A stretch of 64,000 nt of DNA, taken from positions 95,890-159,889 of the IMG/VR virus record IMGVR_UViG_3300020048_000024; one strand, written 5' to 3'. Origin of the DNA: a virus. This document shows, in pieces, positions 10,050 to 18,728 of this stretch (positions are counted from its first letter, which is position 1; every line of letters begins with the position of its first letter). A program made the translations under genes and the position numbers. The notes under the pieces were generated by a model. It was not told the origin of the DNA. It ran no database searches and saw nothing but the letters and a program-made list of their open reading frames with translations.

Positions 10050-10227
10050 ACCAAATCGTAATCCAAATCCATTTATTCGAGCAGCAATGGCAGCAAAAGA
10101 AGTCAGAGAACAAAAGTTTAATATTGATGGAGTTCAAGACAAAGTAGCTCAAGTTGGAAAAGCACCGAAGATAATGGCAATTCCAAGAGCAGTAAAAGTA
10201 CTACGTAAAGCTGGTCGTGGTAGATAA
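10042..10227 (+). CDS. small basic hypothetical protein
   Basis: AAGGA SD; ends RKAGRGR. Confidence 0.7.
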   Translation: MTEPNRNPNPFIRAAMAAKEVREQKFNIDGVQDKVAQVGKAPKIMAIPRAVKVLRKAGRGR

Positions 10228-10336
10228 TATATAATTATATTATGTTGCTATACAGCATAAGTAAGATTGAAGAACACAATTCTTCAATCATAATTTGAGA
10301 ATTACAATTTCTCATACACACATACAGGAGAAAATT

Positions 10337-10501
10337 ATGAAAATGTACACTATGTTACAACGGCTTGCGGAAATGTTTCCCAAGCAAGACTATCACACCA
10401 GACTAGAAAGATATCTATCATCAAAAAATATTAAATGCATATCGGACGTAGAACACTGGGCAAAGCAATTTGAACAACACTCTGATAAAGGATTAATATA
10501 A
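10337..10501 (+). CDS. small protein, DUF3563-like
   Basis: CAGGAG SD; LERYLS..I..ISDVE motif. Confidence 0.55.
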   Translation: MKMYTMLQRLAEMFPKQDYHTRLERYLSSKNIKCISDVEHWAKQFEQHSDKGLI

Positions 10502-10647
10502 TGAAATCGTCAATTAAAAAAGTAGCAGTGGCAGTTTACTCGTTTATCGAGCATATCGGAAGAGCCAGAGCGGCAGGAATATTTGCTAGATCGGGTAACT
10601 TCGAAGCAGCCAAAGCAATAATGATGTCAGACAAGAAACTAGCTTGA
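10501..10647 (+). CDS. small hypothetical protein (48 aa; not in ORF track)
   Basis: AAGGA SD; MKSSIKKVAVAVYSFIEHIGRARAAG... Confidence 0.65.
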   Translation: MKSSIKKVAVAVYSFIEHIGRARAAGIFARSGNFEAAKAIMMSDKKLA

Positions 10648-10733
10648 CCGAATTACTTGATTGTTTGTTAACAATCTAGTATACTTAGTACACATTGCGA
10701 AAGCAATGTCAGACATACACACAGGAGACTATT

Positions 10734-11000
10734 ATGTCATTTGAAACACCAAAACTACCAGAAGTTAAATTCAACAAGAACGGCTATGAAATTCGTACAG
10801 AAATCTTAGATATGGCCAAAAGCATGGTTAGTGAAGAATTTCACGCCAAGTTTTTAGGATGGGAAATGTCTACTGCCAAAGATGAAAAAACAGGCAAGTT
10901 AGTTACTACCGTTGGTATGCCAGAATTTCCAGGACTTGATAAAGTTTTGGAAACAGCCGAAAAAATGTATGCATTTGTTGACAGAGGCTCTAAGAAGTAA
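10734..11000 (+). CDS. conserved hypothetical phage protein
   Basis: CAGGAG SD; KNGYEIRTEIL..AK...AEKMY.FV. Confidence 0.8.
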   Translation: MSFETPKLPEVKFNKNGYEIRTEILDMAKSMVSEEFHAKFLGWEMSTAKDEKTGKLVTTVGMPEFPGLDKVLETAEKMYAFVDRGSKK

Positions 11001-11003
11001 TAC

Positions 11004-11294
11004 ATGAAAGAAATTCTATTCAATATAGTTGAATGGATTAGCCAAGATTTTAAAAGCAACAAAGTTCGTTGTGTTTTAGAAATCTTGGCTTGGTTTTTGA
11101 GTGTAACTTGTTCAGTCATTATGATGTTTACTGTGCCCACTCCTCCATTTCTTATATTATATCCAATGTTCATTGCTCAATGTATAATATTTGCATGGGC
11201 GTCCTACACTAGACGATCATTTGGAATGTTAGCCAATTATATGTTATTGAGTACTATCGATCTAGTTGCTCTTACTAGATTAGTCATGATGTAA
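11004..11294 (+). CDS. small integral membrane protein
   Basis: three hydrophobic segments. Confidence 0.75.
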   Translation: MKEILFNIVEWISQDFKSNKVRCVLEILAWFLSVTCSVIMMFTVPTPPFLILYPMFIAQCIIFAWASYTRRSFGMLANYMLLSTIDLVALTRLVMM

Positions 11295-11363
11295 TATATT
11301 TGAACTAAATATGTCATATGATTGTAACAATCATATTATACGAACTGAAAAACGGACAAAAAA

Positions 11364-11522
11364 ATGAGCAAAATTCGTTGTGTGCAGTGTCAGATCAATT
11401 TTAAGAATTACTTTACATTTTCTCAACACAATTGTGTCGTAAAAGAAGAAGAAATGTCATCAAAAGAGTTGTTGCGCCGTTACAACACTTCAAAAATACC
11501 CATTGACGATAAGTCCGACTAG
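11364..11522 (+). CDS. small C2HC zinc-finger protein (52 aa; not in ORF track)
   Basis: MSKIRCVQCQINF.....QHNC. Confidence 0.55.
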   Translation: MSKIRCVQCQINFKNYFTFSQHNCVVKEEEMSSKELLRRYNTSKIPIDDKSD

Positions 11523-11561
11523 TGATATAATATACACATACACTAGAGAAAAGGACAGAAA
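11470..11561 (+). promoter_or_regulatory. repeated early promoter cassette, copy A
   Basis: TGTTG-N8-CAACA (11470-11487); TTGACG-17-TATAAT; then ATACACATACACTAGAGAAAAGGA. Confidence 0.85.
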
Positions 11562-11693
11562 ATGCTTGCTATTGATACTCGGTCTAATCGTGTGGTTCGT
11601 GTAATTGGTCGTACTATTTTGAAGGATTTCTTAGTACGTTTGCCGTCTGGAACACGAGATTCTGTGCCTGTTGCTTACATTAAACTGTTGTAA
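11562..11693 (+). CDS. small early protein (43 aa; not in ORF track)
   Basis: MLAIDTRSNRVVRV...; lies between two promoter cassettes, with SD. Confidence 0.7.
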   Translation: MLAIDTRSNRVVRVIGRTILKDFLVRLPSGTRDSVPVAYIKLL

Positions 11694-11771
11694 AAATACA
11701 ACACTGTTATTTGACAATAAATCCACTTTACTGTACAATGTACACTTACACTAGAGAAAAAGGAACAGTAC
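11686..11771 (+). promoter_or_regulatory. repeated early promoter cassette, copy B
   Basis: TGTTG-N8-CAACA (11686-11703); TTGACA-17-TACAAT; TACACTAGAGAAAAAGGA. Confidence 0.85.
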
Positions 11772-11978
11772 ATGACTAAAGCACGCAAGCCCACTCATAT
11801 CAAAGCGTTGAACGTAGAACTCATGGAACTCTTTCGTCAGCACAAAGTAGGGTTGATCACTGACATTGAGTTTCTTCAATACTGTCAAGAGATTCAAGAC
11901 TCTTACGCTAAGTTAGATATGACTGGGCTGTACGATGGCAATGGTATTCGCTTCACTAGCAACCCTTTTGTTAAGTAA
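11772..11978 (+). CDS. hypothetical early protein
   Basis: strong promoter and SD. Confidence 0.75.
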   Translation: MTKARKPTHIKALNVELMELFRQHKVGLITDIEFLQYCQEIQDSYAKLDMTGLYDGNGIRFTSNPFVK

Positions 11979-11988
11979 GGAGTAGTTA

Positions 11989-12258
11989 ATGACTACAGCA
12001 ACTTATCAAGCTCTGACTGAGCAAGAGAAACGTGAAGTTAGTATGTTCGGCGTTACTGAGCAGGGCATGCGTCAAGCAGTCGAGTCTAGCTCTTCTTTTC
12101 GTTATGGCGAATTCGCTATGATCGCTGCCAGTATGATGAGCGATGCTCAAGAAATGATGGCTTACGAACAGCCAGACTTCAACACGATTGAAGATCAGCG
12201 TCAATTGCTGAATCGTGCTAAATGGGTATTGTTTGAATATGTCTTAAATAAGGATTAA
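11989..12258 (+). CDS. hypothetical early protein
   Basis: TAAGGAG SD. Confidence 0.8.
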   Translation: MTTATYQALTEQEKREVSMFGVTEQGMRQAVESSSSFRYGEFAMIAASMMSDAQEMMAYEQPDFNTIEDQRQLLNRAKWVLFEYVLNKD

Positions 12259-12259
12259 A

Positions 12260-12451
12260 ATGTTTGATCGTGAAAAAGCAATTGGCGTATTAGTTGAATT
12301 ATTGGTAGAAGATTTCAATCAAGGCGTATTGTGTTTAGACGATATGCTTATTGACGGTTATCGTGGCATTGGCGATCTTTCCGATGAGGAACTAATGGTA
12401 GAATTAGAAGATCGTGACGTTTCTTATTTACTCGGAGACAATGATGAATAA
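12260..12451 (+). CDS. acidic hypothetical protein
   Basis: AAGGA SD. Confidence 0.7.
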   Translation: MFDREKAIGVLVELLVEDFNQGVLCLDDMLIDGYRGIGDLSDEELMVELEDRDVSYLLGDNDE

Positions 12452-12608
12452 GCGTATTGTACTTACGATAGTGGTTGAAATTGACAAAGATGCTGATGTC
12501 AGCGACTTTATTCAAGAATTAGACTATAATATTACTCATCCGACCATTGTCGTTACCGACATGGAACTTGTTGATATCTCGGAAACTTACAGCGGAGATT
12601 TAAAATGA
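12441..12608 (+). CDS. acidic hypothetical protein
   Basis: GGAG SD; overlaps previous gene. Confidence 0.65.
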   Translation: MMNKRIVLTIVVEIDKDADVSDFIQELDYNITHPTIVVTDMELVDISETYSGDLK

Positions 12609-12826
12609 ATTGGAATTTAGAAGGCATGAAAGTCGAAGGCACTTACATGGGCGAATTCCCTGTAACTGGGAAAGTCGAATACAGTCGAGTAAAATACGGC
12701 GGAGAAGTCACTCATGGCGTTGTATTAGATACTCCAATCATGGTTTATGGTGCCTTGCGTGAGCGAGTTAATCTCGAACACAAATATATCGATCGCGTTA
12801 GTGACGATAATCGAGAATTTGCGTAA
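12605..12826 (+). CDS. hypothetical protein (beta-rich, SH3-like pattern)
   Basis: GGAG SD; SRVKYGG motif. Confidence 0.75.
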   Translation: MNWNLEGMKVEGTYMGEFPVTGKVEYSRVKYGGEVTHGVVLDTPIMVYGALRERVNLEHKYIDRVSDDNREFA

Positions 12827-13014
12827 TGGGCAAAGTCAAAGCGTGGTACATGGAATTAATCGAACAAAACCCCGAATGGGGGTTTGACCCGCCAGATTAT
12901 GAAATGGTCATTATGGACAATTCTGAATCGCGGCGCCCACTTACGGTGGAAGAAATTAATTTTATTATCACTGAAGCATCAAAAATGGATAAGTCCAGTT
13001 CAAAAAACTCTTGA
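12826..13014 (+). CDS. hypothetical protein
   Basis: TAATG overlap. Confidence 0.65.
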   Translation: MGKVKAWYMELIEQNPEWGFDPPDYEMVIMDNSESRRPLTVEEINFIITEASKMDKSSSKNS

Positions 13015-13039
13015 CTTTAAATCCATTATCAAGTATACT
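13011..13039 (+). promoter_or_regulatory. sigma70-type promoter
   Basis: TTGACT-17-TATACT. Confidence 0.6.
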
Positions 13040-13130
13040 ATAGTTTCAATGAAACATTGTGAGTATCATCTGGGTTCACAATTGTTTCTTATATATTCTC
13101 CAGATGTTTTAATCTTTAAGGAAATACAAA

Positions 13131-13568
13131 ATGGCTAAGCGTGATACTCTTTGGACTTGTGTCGGAATCACTAAACACGTTGGATCTAATAACTTAGAAG
13201 TTGTTAAGGTTCGATGTGGCGTGGATCTCACTCGTCGCATTAAATCGTCACAATCAAAGTCGTATGTTAAAAGCAAGGGCGAGAAATTGACCGAAGTTCG
13301 TACAGACTTTATCAATCTTCCCACTCCGATGCTACGTCTAGAGGCACTTCAGTTTGCTCTAGCTGCTTCTGAATTTCAATCGCCGGAAGATCAGGCATTG
13401 ATTCAGGAACAAATTGATACTCGTACTCCAAAAGCACCTCGTGTGCCAAAAGAAAAGAAAGAAAAAGTGGTCAAGGCTAAAAAAGCTACAGTATCACTGG
13501 ACTCTATCAAGACTCGCGGCAAACGAAAAGCATCAGTAGAAGATGTTTTGAACGCTGTTGCTGAATAA
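13131..13568 (+). CDS. basic hypothetical protein (possible nucleic-acid binding)
   Basis: TAAGGA SD; Lys-rich C-terminus. Confidence 0.8.
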   Translation: MAKRDTLWTCVGITKHVGSNNLEVVKVRCGVDLTRRIKSSQSKSYVKSKGEKLTEVRTDFINLPTPMLRLEALQFALAASEFQSPEDQALIQEQIDTRTPKAPRVPKEKKEKVVKAKKATVSLDSIKTRGKRKASVEDVLNAVAE

Positions 13569-13582
13569 GCGATAGCCTCGTC

Positions 13583-13618
13583 AATCGATGACTAGAATTT
13601 TACTAGTCATCGATTTTT
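13583..13618 (+). terminator. Rho-independent terminator
   Basis: AATCGATGACTAG/CTAGTCATCGATT stem followed by a T-run. Confidence 0.8.
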
Positions 13619-13649
13619 GCATGCAATGCCTGAAAAAGATAAGTACTAG

Positions 13650-14852
13650 ATGACTACTATATTAAACTGTTCATTCTGCACTAAACACAAAAATGCTGTT
13701 AAGAAATTAATAGTCAGTGAAAGCTCCGCGATCTGTAATAATTGTATAGATTTATGTACAGAATTGCTTATCAACGACAATGAAGATGACATAACCACTG
13801 AGTCTTCTAGCTCATTGTATCCGGATGATATCAAGCGATTTCTAGATGAATATATCGTTGGTCAAGATCATGCAAAGAAAATTATAAGTGTGGCTGTTGC
13901 CAATCACTATAAAAGAATCAATAATAAAAGTGACACTAACATACAAAAAAGTAATGTATTGATTGTTGGGCCAACTGGTTCTGGAAAAACATTGCTTGCC
14001 AAAACTGTAGCAAAATATCTGGACGTACCGTTTGTAATCGCGGACGCAACTTCACTTACTGAAGCTGGGTATGTCGGAGACGATGTTGAGTCAATGATTG
14101 GTAGACTAGTAGCAGCGGCTGGAGGAGACATTGAAAAAGCTCAACGTGGAATCGTATTCATTGACGAGATCGATAAAATTTCTAGAAAATCAGAAGGCGC
14201 ATCCATCACTCGTGACGTTAGCGGCGAAGGTGTTCAGCAAGCACTATTAAAATTGGTAGAAGGCACTGTCTGTAGAATTCCTCAAAGTGGAAGAAGAAAA
14301 AACCCCAGTCAAGAAATGCTAGAAGTAGATACTACTAATATTCTCTTTATCGCAGGCGGGGCATTCGTTGGATTAAAAGACATTGTTGCAAAAAGATTAG
14401 ATGGAAACAGCATAGGATTTGCTGCTAGAATGGCTGACAAATTGGTGATTACGAATTATCTAGAAAAATTGATGCCAGATGATCTGACCAAATACGGAAT
14501 GATTCCTGAATTTACAGGTAGATTTCCTAGTCTAGTCAATATCACTGAACTTAACAAAGAGCAACTTGTTAGCATACTGACTAGTGTGAAAAATAATTAT
14601 ATTCAGCAATATGTATATCTTCTTGGGCTAGATAATATTGAATTGACTTTTGGGCCAGACGCAATCGATCAAATAGCAGAAAATTGTCTGAAATTAAAAA
14701 CAGGCGCTAGAGGGCTGCACAGTGAAATAGAACGAGTACTTCTACCTCATATGTATGATGCTCAAAGTTATCAAAAGAGCAACATAACCGAGATAAATAT
14801 CAATAAAGAGTTAGTAGATAATCCAGTAGTAATAACAAAAGGTGAATTATGA
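13650..14852 (+). CDS. clpX: ATP-dependent Clp protease ATPase subunit ClpX
   Basis: C4 zinc finger CSFC..ICNNC; GPTGSGKT; TEAGYVG; FIDEIDK; [10 protein letters not shown]; IGF loop; GARGL. Confidence 0.97.
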   Translation: MTTILNCSFCTKHKNAVKKLIVSESSAICNNCIDLCTELLINDNEDDITTESSSSLYPDDIKRFLDEYIVGQDHAKKIISVAVANHYKRINNKSDTNIQKSNVLIVGPTGSGKTLLAKTVAKYLDVPFVIADATSLTEAGYVGDDVESMIGRLVAAAGGDIEKAQRGIVFIDEIDKISRKSEGASITRDVSGEGVQQALLKLVEGTVCRIPQSGRRKNPSQEMLEVDTTNILFIAGGAFVGLKDIVAKRLDGNSIGFAARMADKLVITNYLEKLMPDDLTKYGMIPEFTGRFPSLVNITELNKEQLVSILTSVKNNYIQQYVYLLGLDNIELTFGPDAIDQIAENCLKLKTGARGLHSEIERVLLPHMYDAQSYQKSNITEININKELVDNPVVITKGEL

Positions 14853-15058
14853 AAGTAGTAATTAGAGATGGACAATCGTTTGAATCAAGTCTACGAAAGT
14901 TCAAAAACAAAGTCGCTGACAGCGGCTTGCTAGAAGAAGTTCGCGCTCGTCAAACTTACGAGAAGCCAACTACTGCTAGAAAAGTAAAAGCAGCAAAAGC
15001 CAAGAGTCGTTGGAAGAAATATCTTCGTAGTCAAGAATTGCCTAAAAAATTATACTAA
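14849..15058 (+). CDS. rpsU: 30S ribosomal protein bS21
   Basis: [12 protein letters not shown]...EVR.R..YEKPT signature. Confidence 0.92.
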   Translation: MKVVIRDGQSFESSLRKFKNKVADSGLLEEVRARQTYEKPTTARKVKAAKAKSRWKKYLRSQELPKKLY

Positions 15059-15062
15059 TATC

Positions 15063-15644
15063 GTGATTATTGTTTATATACATGGTGCTAATGCCACTGG
15101 AAATAGTTTCAATTACATCAGACAGAAATTGAAGTATGATAACGAACTAGTATTAGAATACGACAGCAAAGATGGGTTTGACCATAATCTAGAATCAATG
15201 ATATCTCAATTAAAAGATTGTAAAGATATGTTTTTTATCTGTCACAGTCTTGGTGGCATCTACTCGGTTCATCTAAGTGACATTTTTTCTAATAATGTAC
15301 TGGGTGCAGTAACGTTGAGTACGCCGTACAATGGGGCAGAAATTGCAAATTACGCCAAGCATTTATTGCCGTTCAGTAAATTATTACGAGATATTGGAAC
15401 TAATAGTGCTCCAATTAAAGATTCTTTAAATATTTCAATAAAGCATCCGTGGACAAACATTGTAACCATACAGGGATCAAGTCCTTGGATGGTTAATCCA
15501 AACGATGGCGTAGTTACTATCAAGAGCATGACATGTCGAGATGATATGAATCTCATCGAAATAAAATCGAATCACTACGAAATCATGTTAAACGATGATG
15601 TCGTTGATATTATTAAAACAAAAATAAAAGAGACTACTAAATGA
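15063..15644 (+). CDS. alpha/beta hydrolase
   Basis: IHG oxyanion motif; HSLGG nucleophile; STP; NDGVV; NH. Confidence 0.85.
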   Translation: MIIVYIHGANATGNSFNYIRQKLKYDNELVLEYDSKDGFDHNLESMISQLKDCKDMFFICHSLGGIYSVHLSDIFSNNVLGAVTLSTPYNGAEIANYAKHLLPFSKLLRDIGTNSAPIKDSLNISIKHPWTNIVTIQGSSPWMVNPNDGVVTIKSMTCRDDMNLIEIKSNHYEIMLNDDVVDIIKTKIKETTK

Positions 15645-15850
15645 TTATTGATAAAGAAAAAATCAAAATTGCACATGATTACTTAGATAGTATCGGTGAG
15701 GGAATTTTTTTCACTGGTGGATGGACCGAAGTAAATAAGCTGAATGAGGTTAAGTCAATGTTATTTGAAGCACTAAACGAACCAATACCATGCAATTGCA
15801 TCGACTTTGAAAAATGTCAACTCAATGACAGATGTTGTAAAGAAGAATAA
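15641..15850 (+). CDS. hypothetical protein
   Basis: ATGA overlap; Cys-rich C-terminus. Confidence 0.6.
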   Translation: MIIDKEKIKIAHDYLDSIGEGIFFTGGWTEVNKLNEVKSMLFEALNEPIPCNCIDFEKCQLNDRCCKEE

Positions 15851-15851
15851 A

Positions 15852-16256
15852 ATGGCATATTCAGATAAAGTATTAGATCATTACGAAAATCCAAGAAATG
15901 TAGGATCATTTGCAAAAGATGATAATGAAGTTGGCACTGGTATGGTCGGGGCTCCCGCTTGCGGAGATGTTATGAAATTACAAATAAAGGTAGATAATGT
16001 TACGGGTCTTATTACTGATGCAAAATTTAAAACGTACGGATGCGGGTCAGCAATTGCAAGTTCATCACTCGTTACGGAGTGGGTCAAGGGCAAAACACTT
16101 GACGAGGCTGGAAAAATTAAAAATACGGAGATTGCCCAAGAACTAGCACTACCTCCAGTTAAAATACATTGTTCCATCCTTGCAGAAGACGCAATCAAAG
16201 CCGCTATAGCAGATTATAGGAAAAAACATGATGTTACCTCTGAAGTATTGGCCTGA
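15852..16256 (+). CDS. iscU: Fe-S cluster scaffold IscU
   Basis: MAYSDKVLDHYENPRNVG, APACGDVM, GCGSAIAS, LPPVKIHCS. Confidence 0.97.
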   Translation: MAYSDKVLDHYENPRNVGSFAKDDNEVGTGMVGAPACGDVMKLQIKVDNVTGLITDAKFKTYGCGSAIASSSLVTEWVKGKTLDEAGKIKNTEIAQELALPPVKIHCSILAEDAIKAAIADYRKKHDVTSEVLA

Positions 16257-16719
16257 TCCAGTGTTATTAAAGTCATGCGAACCGTGGGACTTTAATAATC
16301 CCCCAGTTCAAACCGATTTTTTAATGGCTGACATGATAGAGACCATGGCTAAAAGTGGTGGCATAGGATTAGCTGCCAATCAAGTTGGGATATCATATCG
16401 TGTTATAACAATGCACATACAGGAAACTGACGAATATATTACAATGTTCAATCCAGAAATCATATCAATCAGTGAGCATATGTATGTTGCTCGTGAAGGA
16501 TGTTTAAGTTTTCCGCGAGTAATGATTGACATTGAAAGACCAAAAACCGTAGAGGCAACTTGGATGAATAGAAATCAACAACTTCAAACTAGAATTTTCA
16601 GCGATATTGATGCTAAGTGTTTTTTACATGAAATCGATCACTTAAATGGAGTTACTTTTAAGGATCATATTAGTCAACTTAAATTTGACAGAGCAGTTAA
16701 AAAGGCAAAGAAAAAATGA
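16228..16719 (+). CDS. def: Peptide deformylase
   Basis: GIGLAANQ, EGCLS, HEIDHLNG. Confidence 0.95.
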   Translation: MMLPLKYWPDPVLLKSCEPWDFNNPPVQTDFLMADMIETMAKSGGIGLAANQVGISYRVITMHIQETDEYITMFNPEIISISEHMYVAREGCLSFPRVMIDIERPKTVEATWMNRNQQLQTRIFSDIDAKCFLHEIDHLNGVTFKDHISQLKFDRAVKKAKKK

Positions 16720-17522
16720 CAACCCGAATATTAGTAATGGGACTTCCTGGTTCCGGTAAAACAACGATTGCTTCTGCAATCAAAAATCATTTCTTAGACA
16801 TTAAAAACGAGGGCTATGGACTTTCGGTAGACTGGTTTAATGCTGATGAAGTTAGAAAGAAATTTAATGATTGGGATTTTAGTCAAACTGGCAGAATTCG
16901 TCAGAGTCATAGAATGGATCAATTAGCATCCGAATCTAAAGCTGATTATGTTATCTGTGATTTTGTCGCACCATTGGTAGAAATGCGTAATAATTTTAAA
17001 GCAGATTGGACTATCTGGATGGATACTATTGATCAAGGAAGATACGACGATACTAACAAGGCATTTATTCCACCTGAAGTTTATGATTTCCGTGTCACTG
17101 AACAGAATGCAGAAAAATGGTCTGTGTTCATTGTGGATCATATTCTCTCAAATACTCGTCGTTCAGTATTCGATTGGCGTAAAGAAACTGTCCAAATGTT
17201 GGGAAGATGGCAACCATGGCATGACGGTCATCGTGCATTATTTGAACGATTGTTAGAAAAGACTGGTCAAGTTATCATTCAGATTCGTGACGTACAGGGC
17301 TGGCAAGATAGTAATCCGTTCGGTTTAGAAGAAGTCAAGCAACGCATTAGACATGATTTAGATCCATTGTATCAAGGTCAGTACGAGATTCAAGTAGTAC
17401 CTAATATTGTTCACATTGGTTGGGGACGTGGAGTTGGCTATACATCAGGTGAAGAAACATTTGACGAAGAGATCACTAAAATTAGCGGCACTGATATTCG
17501 TAAACAAATGGGATTAAAATGA
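16716..17522 (+). CDS. APS-kinase (CysC)-like P-loop domain fused to HxGH nucleotidyltransferase domain
   Basis: GLPGSGKTT; NADEVR..DWDFS..GR; C-terminal GRWQPWHDGH, SNPF, ISGT.IR. Confidence 0.8.
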   Translation: MTTRILVMGLPGSGKTTIASAIKNHFLDIKNEGYGLSVDWFNADEVRKKFNDWDFSQTGRIRQSHRMDQLASESKADYVICDFVAPLVEMRNNFKADWTIWMDTIDQGRYDDTNKAFIPPEVYDFRVTEQNAEKWSVFIVDHILSNTRRSVFDWRKETVQMLGRWQPWHDGHRALFERLLEKTGQVIIQIRDVQGWQDSNPFGLEEVKQRIRHDLDPLYQGQYEIQVVPNIVHIGWGRGVGYTSGEETFDEEITKISGTDIRKQMGLK

Positions 17523-17845
17523 TTACGATAACCGAACGCGCCGCACAGAAGATCGTGAGTAATATCGCTAAGCGTGGTCGTGGTCAGGGTATCAAAGTCG
17601 GGGTAAAGACAACTGGATGCAGTGGTCTTGCGTATGTGCTGGAGTATTTAGATGAAGCACCGTGTACTTGGGATTGGGTTCAATACGAGCGTGACAATGC
17701 AAAAGTTTGGGTCAATCAAAAAGACTTGGTTTACATCGATGGTCTACAAATCGATTATGTGAAGAAAGGATTGAATGAAGGGTTTGATTTCACAAACCCC
17801 AACGAATCTGCTAGATGTGGATGTGGAGAATCTTTTACAATTTGA
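17519..17845 (+). CDS. iscA: A-type Fe-S carrier IscA
   Basis: TGCSGLAY, NPN...CGCGESF. Confidence 0.95.
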   Translation: MITITERAAQKIVSNIAKRGRGQGIKVGVKTTGCSGLAYVLEYLDEAPCTWDWVQYERDNAKVWVNQKDLVYIDGLQIDYVKKGLNEGFDFTNPNESARCGCGESFTI

Positions 17846-17855
17846 GTGATGCTGC

Positions 17856-17921
17856 ATAAATAGTAATGTAAGATGCCGAATGGTCGGGTCTTATAAGTCA
17901 TCTGCCTAACAGGAGAAAAAC
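17856..17921 (+). promoter_or_regulatory. late promoter plus structured 5' leader of hsp20
   Basis: ATAAATA at 17856; hairpin 17867-17895; AGGAG SD. Confidence 0.7.
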
Positions 17922-18359
17922 ATGACACGTACTCTTACATTACGCTCATTGGACATTCCGTCCATCGCCAAATTCGGAATTGGTTTTGAAAATTCATTCG
18001 CTGAATTACTCAGATTATCCGAACAACAAGCCAACACAAATTATCCACCATACAATGTAGTCAGACAAACTGACGATAAGTTTTACATTGAAATTGCCAC
18101 GGCTGGGTTTGCTCAAGGTGAAGTCAAAATTGAACTTGATGCTCAAGTATTGACAATCATTGGGCAAAAATTAGAAAATTCTACTGTAGAATATCTACAT
18201 CACGGAATATCTAATAGAAGCTTTGAAAGAAGTTTCAAGCTAGGTGAATACGTGGAAGTATCTGATGCTCATCACAAAGATGGAATTCTTACTATCTATC
18301 TAGAACGACATGTTCCGGAAGCTATGAAGCCGAAATCTATTGACATTAAGTATACTTGA
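17922..18359 (+). CDS. small heat shock protein (Hsp20/IbpA family)
   Basis: NYPPYN, AGF, YLHHGIS.RSF.RSF, DGILTI. Confidence 0.95.
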   Translation: MTRTLTLRSLDIPSIAKFGIGFENSFAELLRLSEQQANTNYPPYNVVRQTDDKFYIEIATAGFAQGEVKIELDAQVLTIIGQKLENSTVEYLHHGISNRSFERSFKLGEYVEVSDAHHKDGILTIYLERHVPEAMKPKSIDIKYT

Positions 18360-18403
18360 TAGTATAATAAATACTATTGTGAGTGGTAATATTATCACTC
18401 ACA
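18340..18403 (+). promoter_or_regulatory. sigma70 promoter, overlapping ATAAATA late motif, and leader hairpin before clpS
   Basis: TTGACA 18340-17-TATAAT 18363; ATAAATA; TGTGAGTG/CACTCACA hairpin. Confidence 0.6.
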
Positions 18404-18422
18404 TCAACACAAAGGAATCAAT

Positions 18423-18728
18423 ATGAGTAAAGCTGAGATCATTACTAAACTTAAACCAAATCTGAATATTTCAGAACCTTCGTTTTACAAAGTGTTCTAT
18501 ATCAATGACGAGGTAACTACAATGGAATTCGTAGTAGAGTCATTGGTTCAATATTTTGATCATAGCGAAGATTCTGCTATAACTCTAACCAATGATATTC
18601 ATGATGTAGGCAGCGCGGTAGTTGCTATTCTGCCGTATGAAATAGCAGAACAGCGTGGAATTGAAGTAACTATTGATGCTCGTAAACAGGGATTTCCGCT
18701 ACAAGTTAAGATTGAGGCAGCTGCCTAA
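18423..18728 (+). CDS. clpS: Clp protease adaptor ClpS
   Basis: YKV..INDEVTTMEFVV, IH..G...V, YEIAE, GFPL. Confidence 0.93.
   Translation: MSKAEIITKLKPNLNISEPSFYKVFYINDEVTTMEFVVESLVQYFDHSEDSAITLTNDIHDVGSAVVAILPYEIAEQRGIEVTIDARKQGFPLQVKIEAAA

Noticed and set aside
17860-17921. CIRCE or sigma32 control of hsp20 and dnaK
   Set aside because: No TTAGCACTC-N9-GAGTGCTAA and no clear CTTGAA/CCCCAT promoter; both genes have the phage late motif instead.
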